Below, in pieces: positions 39,108 through 46,841 of a stretch of DNA of 64,000 nt (position 1 is its first letter; each line of letters opens with the position of its first letter). The notes under the pieces were generated by a model. The model saw nothing but the letters and a program-made list of their open reading frames with translations, was not told the origin of the DNA and did no database searches. A program made the translations under genes and the position numbers. The stretch covers positions 1,897,318 through 1,961,317 of the forward strand of contig OZ242036.1 in the NCBI GenBank assembly GCA_965205075.1, written 5' to 3'. This stretch comes from Candidatus Poribacteria bacterium (GTDB taxonomy: Bacteria; Poribacteria; WGA-4E; PCPOR2b).

Positions 39108-40280
39108 ATGAAGAAAAACAGAGCGCGTTCAACCGTTTTGCTCGTCATCTATGCCATGGCATTCGTTATGATTATGGGTTTTGCACTCACCGGCTGTGAA
39201 GCTAAGAATGAGATTAAAGTCGCTGTTGCGGGTCCCTTTACCGGTTCTATTGCTGCTTTCGGGGAGATGATTAAGCGTGGTGCGGAACTCAAGGCGAAAG
39301 AGATTAATGCGGCAGGCGGTGTTAACGGCAAAACACTAACGCTTATCTTTGAGGACGATGCCGGCAAAGATAAAGAAGCGAGTTTAGTTGCAGAGCGAAT
39401 CGCTAGTAATCGGCAAATTCTTGCAGTCGTTGGACACTTTAATAGTTCCTGCTCGTTAGCGGGTAAACCCATCTATCAACGTGCTGGTATTGTTGAACTC
39501 TCGCCTGGTTCAACCAACGTCCGTGTTGCTGCGGGAAGCGAGTGGACATTTAGAAATATCTACCGTGACGATTTTCAAGCTGCATTTGCAGCGAAGTATA
39601 TCAAAAACGTATTAGGGGACATCCAAAAAGTTGCAGTCTTCTTTGATAACGATGACTATGGACGCGGCCTTAAAGACAGCTTCACTGCTGAGGCCAAAGA
39701 ACTTGGACTGGAAATCGTTGGGATGGAAGCGTATGATCGGGATAACACGGACTTTAAAGCACAATTGACAAGCATTAAAGCGAAGCAACCGCATCTGATT
39801 TTTCTCTCAGGGTTGTACAGTCAAGCCGGTTTAATCGTTGCGCAAGCCCGTGAGGCCGGTATCACTGCGCAATTCTTTGGTGCGGATGGTGTTGATTCCC
39901 CGGATTTCCTTCAAATAGCAGGCAACGCGGCCGAAGGTACGTACGTCACAACACCATTTGTCTTTAGAATCGACGACCTCAAAGCTCAAAAAATGGCAAC
40001 AGCATTTGAGGAAATGCATGGGATTGCCCCCGACACTTGGGCGGCACTAACCTATGATGCGGTCGGCATGATTATCGAAGCAATCGAAAAAAGCGGTGAA
40101 AATCGAAAAGCCATTCGCGATCATTTAGCGTCAATTAACAGTCCTGAAAAAGGATATGACGGTATCACAGGCTTAACCTATTTTGATGAAAATGGGGATT
40201 GCACCAAGCCAGCTTACGTTAAAATTGTCAAAGATGGTCAGTTCGTCCCCGCTACGGAGCAGATGCTTGGTATGGAGTAA
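39108..40280 (+). CDS. livK: Branched-chain amino-acid ABC transporter substrate-binding protein (LivK/LivJ-like)
   Basis: Signal/lipoprotein-like N-terminus (FALTGC). Type-I periplasmic-binding fold typical of Leu/Ile/Val-binding proteins. RBS AAGGAGA before the ATG at 39108. Confidence 0.75.
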   Translation: MKKNRARSTVLLVIYAMAFVMIMGFALTGCEAKNEIKVAVAGPFTGSIAAFGEMIKRGAELKAKEINAAGGVNGKTLTLIFEDDAGKDKEASLVAERIASNRQILAVVGHFNSSCSLAGKPIYQRAGIVELSPGSTNVRVAAGSEWTFRNIYRDDFQAAFAAKYIKNVLGDIQKVAVFFDNDDYGRGLKDSFTAEAKELGLEIVGMEAYDRDNTDFKAQLTSIKAKQPHLIFLSGLYSQAGLIVAQAREAGITAQFFGADGVDSPDFLQIAGNAAEGTYVTTPFVFRIDDLKAQKMATAFEEMHGIAPDTWAALTYDAVGMIIEAIEKSGENRKAIRDHLASINSPEKGYDGITGLTYFDENGDCTKPAYVKIVKDGQFVPATEQMLGME

Positions 40281-40394
40281 CGTGCAAGGCAGAGTCTCAC
40301 GTAGCTGCTGTGCAAACTGTTACTGTGTTTCGCGTGCTCGCCTATTGCCATTTTACATTTCACACATAACGTCGTAGGAGCTTTTGATTTTTGT

Positions 40395-41288
40395 ATGGCT
40401 CAATTTCTGGAACAAATTATTAACGGCCTCGTCCTTGGCGGTATCTACGCCCTAATTGCCGTGGGTTACACGATGGTCTACGGCATTATCCAGCTCATCA
40501 ACTTTGCGCACGGCGAGATTTTTATGTTTGGTGCGTATTTTGCCTTCGTATGTGTCACAACCTTCGGTCTTTCATTTTGGGTTGCATTACCACTCAGCAT
40601 GGCTATGTGTGCGGTGATGGGAATGTTGATTGACTTCGTCGCTTACCGCCCCCTCCGTAACGCACCACGTCTCTCCGCACTGATTACCGCCATTGGTATG
40701 TCTTTGGTGCTACAAAATCTTGCGCGGTTAATCTGGGGGGCAAGATGGCAGACATATCCCAAAGAAGTAGAACCTCAGCTCTTGACGGGAAATGCTATCC
40801 CTTTACCCGGTGGCGCACAAGTTTCATTCTTGGATGTCTTTATTATCTTGCTCGCCGTTGGCTTGATGATTGGCTTAAACCGGTTAATTCACTTAACGAA
40901 AATTGGAAAAGCGATGCGGGCTTGCGCTCAAAACAGAACTGCAGCCAGCTTAATGGGCATTGATACCAATCGCGTAATCACAGTAACCTTTGCGATTGGA
41001 TCCGCGCTGGGAGCTGTTGCTGGTGTCATGGTTGGGCTGCGTGAAGTCACAGAGCCGGCGATGGGATACTACAAAGGGGTCGCAGCATTTGCCGCCGCTG
41101 TGCTTGGAGGGATTGGTAACATCACCGGCGCAATGCTTGGCGGTGTGGTCCTCGGTGTTGCTGAAGCCCTCGGTGCTGGCTACATCTCCTCCGAGTATCG
41201 CTTGGCTATTGCTTATATCATTATGATTCTCGTTATTATCTTTCGACCATCTGGGCTACTAGGAAAATCAACAGCAACACGGGCTTAA
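40395..41288 (+). CDS. livH: Branched-chain amino-acid ABC transporter permease (LivH-like)
   Basis: Polytopic membrane protein of the LivH/BPD_transp_2 type. Follows livK. Confidence 0.75.
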   Translation: MAQFLEQIINGLVLGGIYALIAVGYTMVYGIIQLINFAHGEIFMFGAYFAFVCVTTFGLSFWVALPLSMAMCAVMGMLIDFVAYRPLRNAPRLSALITAIGMSLVLQNLARLIWGARWQTYPKEVEPQLLTGNAIPLPGGAQVSFLDVFIILLAVGLMIGLNRLIHLTKIGKAMRACAQNRTAASLMGIDTNRVITVTFAIGSALGAVAGVMVGLREVTEPAMGYYKGVAAFAAAVLGGIGNITGAMLGGVVLGVAEALGAGYISSEYRLAIAYIIMILVIIFRPSGLLGKSTATRA

Positions 41289-41302
41289 TCCAAGAAACCA
41301 AC

Positions 41303-42289
41303 ATGCTGAGAAAACTGTTTACCCCCAAAACCATTATCCTCCTCGTGGCGGTGTGTCTATTTCCGCTGGTAACCTACGGCTCTGACCGCATTGTTGATCT
41401 GTTATATGAACGCGGCCTCGTCTTACCGCTACCAAGTGGCGACTACATCCTCCGAGTCGTTGTACAAGCTTGTCTTTACATGCTGCTAGCTTTAGGACTC
41501 AACATCGTGCCGGGATTCACAGGATTGCTTGACTTGGGATATGTCGGATTTTACCTTGTCGGTGGGTATACGGCAGGGTTGTTGATGGCGAGGCTCGGTT
41601 GGAGTTACTGGATTGCGCTGCCACTTGCTGCAATTCATGGCGCACTCTGGGGTCTATTACGCGGTGCGCCCACCTTGCGTCTGACAGGAGATTATTTTGC
41701 CATCGTAACCTTTGGGTTCTCGGAACTCCTCTTCAGAATTGTGAAAAATGAGGAGTGGCTCATCGGTGGTCCCAACGGATTTGTCAATGATATTCCACCC
41801 CCTAACCTTTTTGGACTTGAACTCTACAAATACTGGCAACAGTATTACCATATCCTGATCTTGTTGGGGCTTACAGTTATCGTTGTGTATCGTCTGCAGA
41901 ATTCGCGCGTTGGGCGAGCGTGGGCAGCGATCCGAGAGGACGAACGCGCAGCAGAGAGCATGGGGATTAACCTCCGTGAATACAAATCCCTTGCTTTTGC
42001 TGTGAGCGCGGCAATCGGAGCCGTTGGCGGTGCATTCTTCGCACAATTTCAGGTCAATATCAGTGCCGGCGCGTTTGAATTCTGGGAATCTATTTTCATC
42101 CTATGTATGGTCGTGCTTGGTGGAATGGGAACCATCAAGGGGTCAGTTATTGGGGCAGGTATCCTAGGCATTTTAGGAGAACTCCTACGGGAATTCGGTG
42201 GATGGCGTTATCTGATCTTCGGGATCATTCTCATCCTTCTGATGCGTTTTCGTCCAGCTGGATTACTATCCATGAGGGAGCAAGACTAA
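41303..42289 (+). CDS. livM: Branched-chain amino-acid ABC transporter permease (LivM-like)
   Basis: Polytopic. GDYFAIVTFGFSELL matches a LivM conserved region. Confidence 0.75.
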   Translation: MLRKLFTPKTIILLVAVCLFPLVTYGSDRIVDLLYERGLVLPLPSGDYILRVVVQACLYMLLALGLNIVPGFTGLLDLGYVGFYLVGGYTAGLLMARLGWSYWIALPLAAIHGALWGLLRGAPTLRLTGDYFAIVTFGFSELLFRIVKNEEWLIGGPNGFVNDIPPPNLFGLELYKYWQQYYHILILLGLTVIVVYRLQNSRVGRAWAAIREDERAAESMGINLREYKSLAFAVSAAIGAVGGAFFAQFQVNISAGAFEFWESIFILCMVVLGGMGTIKGSVIGAGILGILGELLREFGGWRYLIFGIILILLMRFRPAGLLSMREQD

Positions 42290-42302
42290 CCTCAGCAAGC
42301 GG

Positions 42303-42428
42303 TCAAGATCCGATTTCGTTTTTGATTTTCGGCAAGTTATGAACGTAACAGAATGAGACCCTTGACAAGATTAGACGGAATCACCTAGATTGCCAGTAAT
42401 GAAACTTCGTTGCTGGCATTTTTTTTAT
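42303..42428 (+). repeat. Copy 2 of the ~125-bp direct repeat, upstream of the Na+:alanine symporter gene
   Basis: Encodes SRSDFVFDFRQVMNVTE* (compare the lipoprotein C-terminus SKSDFVFDFRQVVNVKE*). Then TTGACA(42362)-17 nt-CTAGAT, hairpin CCAGTAA...TTGCTGG and TTTTTTTT. Confidence 0.8.
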
Positions 42429-42464
42429 GGCAGGACATACAATAGAGATAAAAAAGGAGCAAAT

Positions 42465-44084
42465 ATGCAGCAAAAAGCACCGTGGTTTTATAATAAGGCA
42501 GGAGTGGCTACCCTACTCCTAGCGTTATTGACGATTCTATATATGGTATCTGCTTGGGCACAGGAAAGCGGAGAACCTTCTGCCTTCTACAAAGCTAACG
42601 CGACAATTGGCGCGGTCCTCTTTTTTGACATCGCCTTTGGTTCTATTCAGACTGATGAGGTCGACCGAGATGGAAATCCGGTGCTGGACGCATTCGGCAA
42701 TCCCCAGAAAAAGGTTGTTAGTCTTCCTTTTCTTATTATTGTGCTAATCCTCGGTGCAATCTTTTTTACCTTCTGGTATCGCTGGATCAACGTACGGGGA
42801 TTGAAGCACTCCCTCAACGTCATCCAAGGGAAGTATGATAACCCAGAGGATACCGGGGAAATCTCCCATTTCCGTGCTCTGACAAGCGCGTTGTCTGCAA
42901 CGGTTGGTCTCGGCAACATTGCAGGCGTCGCGATTGCTATTCAGTTAGGCGGTCCGGGCGCTGTTTTTTGGATGCTTATCGCAGCGGTATTCGGGATGAC
43001 TGCAAAGTTCAGTAGTTGTACCTTATCCCAACTGTATCGGCAGACAAATGCAGATGGTAGCATCTCCGGCGGTCCCATGTACTACGTTGATATCGGATTG
43101 AAACAGATGGGAGGCAGTTGGGCACCTTTGGGGAAAGTGCTAGCAATCATGTATGCACTGATGGTCATGGGAGGTTCCATCGGTGTCGGCAATATGTTTC
43201 AGGTAAATCAGACAGCCGAGGCGTTTCGGAGTACTTTCGGACTTTCAGCAGGCGCGAACTGGATTATCGGTATTGTAATAGCAATTTTGGTGGGGGCAGT
43301 GATTATCGGTGGAATTAAACGAATTGGCGCAGCAACCTCTAAAATTGTACCTGCTATGTGTGGTTTATATGTATGTGTTTCGATTCTAATAATTTTGATG
43401 AACTTTACCAAAATCCCTGAAGCCATCGGTCTTATCTTTAGCATGGCTTTCACAGGTAATGCTTTCTACGGTGGATTTTTTGGCGTACTGGTCTGGGGTA
43501 TCAAACGCGCATCTTTTTCAAATGAGGCGGGGATCGGCAGTGCTGCTATTGCTCACGCAGCAGCAAAGACAGAAGAACCTGTTCGAGAAGGTATCGTGGC
43601 GATGGTTGGTCCCTTCATTGATACTATCATCGTATGTTTGATGACGGCGATGGTAGTCATCATTACGGGCGCATGGAATGATCCCAGCCTATCGCAGTCT
43701 GATGGCGTTACGCTAACGACAAAAGCGTTTGAAAGTGCCATAGGTTGGTTCCCGTTGATCCTTACCGTCAGTATCGGGCTGTTTGCCTATTCCACGATGA
43801 TTTCTTGGGCTTACTACGGCGAACGGGGTTGGATCTACCTGCTCGACCATTTCGGTGGCACCGGACTAAAAACTGTTATCGTCTTCAGAATTATTTTTAT
43901 CCTTTTTGTTATCGTTGGTGCAGTCAATAAATTGGATGCTGTCTTAGACTTTTCGGATGCGATGGTTCTCGGTATGGCTTTTCCGAATATCATTGGAAGT
44001 ATTATCCTCGCACCGCGAGTCCTGAAACAAGTCAGGGACTATTGGAACCGTTACCAATCAGGCGAAATGGAAATAGTTCAATAA
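42465..44084 (+). CDS. Alanine/glycine:cation symporter (AGCS family)
   Basis: Polytopic transporter with …LSATVGLGNIAGVAIAIQLGGPGAVFWM… characteristic of AGCS. RBS AAGGAG before the ATG at 42465. Confidence 0.75.
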   Translation: MQQKAPWFYNKAGVATLLLALLTILYMVSAWAQESGEPSAFYKANATIGAVLFFDIAFGSIQTDEVDRDGNPVLDAFGNPQKKVVSLPFLIIVLILGAIFFTFWYRWINVRGLKHSLNVIQGKYDNPEDTGEISHFRALTSALSATVGLGNIAGVAIAIQLGGPGAVFWMLIAAVFGMTAKFSSCTLSQLYRQTNADGSISGGPMYYVDIGLKQMGGSWAPLGKVLAIMYALMVMGGSIGVGNMFQVNQTAEAFRSTFGLSAGANWIIGIVIAILVGAVIIGGIKRIGAATSKIVPAMCGLYVCVSILIILMNFTKIPEAIGLIFSMAFTGNAFYGGFFGVLVWGIKRASFSNEAGIGSAAIAHAAAKTEEPVREGIVAMVGPFIDTIIVCLMTAMVVIITGAWNDPSLSQSDGVTLTTKAFESAIGWFPLILTVSIGLFAYSTMISWAYYGERGWIYLLDHFGGTGLKTVIVFRIIFILFVIVGAVNKLDAVLDFSDAMVLGMAFPNIIGSIILAPRVLKQVRDYWNRYQSGEMEIVQ

Positions 44085-44200
44085 ATGACCTCATTTTGAG
44101 AATACGGCATTTCCTTGTAGTCCAAGATTCTAGCTTCGTTCTTGCGTGAGAGCCACGCTCTCATCTTGGGTTAAAATAGTTTAGATACAATAATCAGAGA

Positions 44201-45298
44201 TCAGCCGGATAGCAGCGGTAATTCTACCGGCTGTCCCGTCTCATAGCACTGCAGCGCAGCAAAAGCAATCTCATGGGTCTTAATAGCGTCCTCCAGATTG
44301 CAGTGCGATTCTCGATCATTCAAGATACAATCAACGAAGTGATTCATCTGCCCTTGGAATGGATGGTGCGTCACATCAGCACTGTCCGGCAGGATGGCAG
44401 GTATCTCGACCCACCCGTTTTGTCCGGGATACTTATGTGACCAGATACGATTATCCTTAATCGATCCGCGATTGCCAAAGATTTCAAGGGGGAAGGTGTA
44501 GGGCATGATGCAGCCGTAATTGACCGAAACCTTTCCCAACACACCATTGGCAAACTTGACAAGACAGATTTCAAAATCATCATATTCGAGCGGCGGTGCC
44601 TCTTGCCAGCGGGAAGTGAAGTAGTCGTACTCCTCCGAAACCCCTTTGCGGTAGCCGCCGGAATACGCAAAGACTTCGACGGGATCGGCAGCTTCATACT
44701 CCCCTTTGGCAGCAAACCAACGCAGTGAATCAGCGGCGTGGCAACCTCCCGTGATCATCGCACTCACACCTGTTGATTTCTTCCGCGCGTCTTCGTAACC
44801 CGTCCACCAACTGGCGATGTCGTGTTGGTAATCTGTTTCGACAAAGTAGGGATCACCAATTGCGTTATCGGCAACCATCGCCTTGAGGGTCTCAAAAAGA
44901 GGGTTCCAGCGTAAGACAAAGCTGACTATTGTCTTCACGCCTGCGGCTCGGACAGCATCACGCATCGCCCTGATTTCCTCTAGACTATTAGCGATCGGCT
45001 TCTCAATAACGATATGCTTGCCGCTTTCTGCTGCAGCAATCGTATTTTCCGCATGTAAGAATTGAGGAGTACAGACGGAAACGATGTCTACACCATCATG
45101 CTTGAGGGCTTGTTCATAGTTATCATAGAGTCCGACATCCTCCAATCCCGCTTCCGCCGCACGGGCTTGGCAACTTGTCAATTTTCGACTTGAGATTGCG
45201 ACCACTTCTGTGTGTGGACTCGTTTCAAATGCTTTAATATGTTGCGTCGAAACCCAGCCTGCTCCGTGTATCAATACCCCTAACTTTTTCTCAGCCAT
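44201..45298 (-). CDS. Gfo/Idh/MocA-family NAD(P)-dependent oxidoreductase
   Basis: Rossmann N-terminus LGVLIHGAGWVSTQHIKAF...EKP. RBS AAAGAGGAG before the ATG at 45298. Confidence 0.75.
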   Translation of the reverse strand: MAEKKLGVLIHGAGWVSTQHIKAFETSPHTEVVAISSRKLTSCQARAAEAGLEDVGLYDNYEQALKHDGVDIVSVCTPQFLHAENTIAAAESGKHIVIEKPIANSLEEIRAMRDAVRAAGVKTIVSFVLRWNPLFETLKAMVADNAIGDPYFVETDYQHDIASWWTGYEDARKKSTGVSAMITGGCHAADSLRWFAAKGEYEAADPVEVFAYSGGYRKGVSEEYDYFTSRWQEAPPLEYDDFEICLVKFANGVLGKVSVNYGCIMPYTFPLEIFGNRGSIKDNRIWSHKYPGQNGWVEIPAILPDSADVTHHPFQGQMNHFVDCILNDRESHCNLEDAIKTHEIAFAALQCYETGQPVELPLLSG

Positions 45299-45540
45299 CT
45301 TAATCTCCTCTTTGTGAATCATAGTGTTGGCAACAGCATAAAACAATCTGTGAGCCAAGTCAACCCTTTTTCTGTACCCCTGTGCTAACCCGCGCCGGAA
45401 GCCCCATCCTGAGACAACGCAAACCGAACTTTCCCATTGACACCGATCTGATAATTTGTATAATCATGCCCACACGGTCCAAGGGATTGACTTCAGAGAG
45501 GTTCGTCAGGAGGCACAATCGAGCACAAGGAGAGAAATGG

Positions 45541-46797
45541 ATGCGTTATCCAACCGAACGACAGATAGAAGAAAGAACAGATCACAGCTTTGATGCCAAT
45601 GTTTATACCCGCCTAGGTGTCAAACCATTCATCAACGCCAACCTCCCTTTTACGTTTTTGAGTGCAACGGTGGTGTGGCCAGAAGTGCGCCGGGCAATTG
45701 ATGAAGCAGCCCACTATATGGTTGATGTTGTCGAACTACAACGGGGGGTAGGCAGGCGTCTTGCGGAGATTTCGGGGGCAGAGTCCGGCATGGTCTCCTC
45801 CGGTGCCGCTGGATCCATGGCACTAGCAACAGCAGCGTGCATCGCGGGCACCGATCCAGAGAAGATTTGGCAGTTACCTGACACCGCTGGTCTCAAGGAT
45901 CAGGTTATCATGTGGGGTGGGCGTAGTATCTTCGACAGCGCGTTGCGACTGGTAGGAGGAAAACCGGTGGTGGTTAGGTCGCTGGACGGCTTGCGTCACT
46001 CGATTAACGATGAGACCGCCATGCTTTGCACTGGATATTCGGCAGATCCAGATCCGGTTGATCCACCACCCCTAGCAGAGATGGTGGAGATTTGTAAGTC
46101 CGCGGGTATACCCATATTTGTGGATGCAGCGGGCGGCATACCACCCATTGACAATATCCGTCGGTATGCGCGCATGGGCGTAGACCTGTATGGCTTTAGT
46201 GGAGGCAAGGGACTACGAGGACCGCAAGCTAGTGGCCTGTTGCTTGGGCGGCGTGATCTGATTGAAGCGGCTCTTGCTAACGCTACGCCTGTGGAGGGGG
46301 CGGTGTGTAGGGCAATGAAGGTCGGAAAGGAAGAGATTATCGGTTGTATGGCAGCTCTTGAAAAGTGGCTGACCATCGACCTTGCTGCGTTGTATCGTGA
46401 ACAGACGGAAACGCTTCAGAGAATCGCAGGATTCGTAAAATCTGTACCCGGTGTTGATACTAAAATTGAGCTCCGCAACGGTAGTAATCGCTTCATGCAA
46501 TTAGTTCTGAATTGGGATGAAGAGATTTTGGGACTTTCTGCAGATGAGTGTGGACGCGAGTTGCGCGAAGGGGATCCCCCTATATCGGTGCTGTGTAATT
46601 ATAATCCTTACGTGACGAGGGTTCGCGAATTCTTTCCGCCGGCTCCTCCTGATGGCAAATCGGTCAAGCGTCAGAGTAGCCCGCTGACTGTGTTCTCTCT
46701 CAGTCTTCAACCCGGCGAAGAACAGATTGTTGGAACTCGGCTGCGCGATATATTGATGGCGGCACTTAATAGGACTTCATTGCCTTCAAATAAGTGA
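45541..46797 (+). CDS. SelA/DgaE-like fold-type-I PLP-dependent enzyme
   Basis: FSGGKGLRGPQASGLL matches the SelA/DgaE PLP-lysine motif (SG-D/G-K-L-L-GGPQAG). RBS AAGGAGA before the ATG at 45541. Confidence 0.55.
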   Translation: MRYPTERQIEERTDHSFDANVYTRLGVKPFINANLPFTFLSATVVWPEVRRAIDEAAHYMVDVVELQRGVGRRLAEISGAESGMVSSGAAGSMALATAACIAGTDPEKIWQLPDTAGLKDQVIMWGGRSIFDSALRLVGGKPVVVRSLDGLRHSINDETAMLCTGYSADPDPVDPPPLAEMVEICKSAGIPIFVDAAGGIPPIDNIRRYARMGVDLYGFSGGKGLRGPQASGLLLGRRDLIEAALANATPVEGAVCRAMKVGKEEIIGCMAALEKWLTIDLAALYREQTETLQRIAGFVKSVPGVDTKIELRNGSNRFMQLVLNWDEEILGLSADECGRELREGDPPISVLCNYNPYVTRVREFFPPAPPDGKSVKRQSSPLTVFSLSLQPGEEQIVGTRLRDILMAALNRTSLPSNK

Positions 46798-46841
46798 ACG
46801 AAGGTACTACTAGAATGAGAAAGTTATTCAGAAAATTAATC

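Noticed and set aside
44085-44200. Imperfect nested palindrome between the convergent symporter and oxidoreductase genes
   Set aside because: The stems are short or imperfect and there is no flanking T-tract. Not convincing as a terminator or element.
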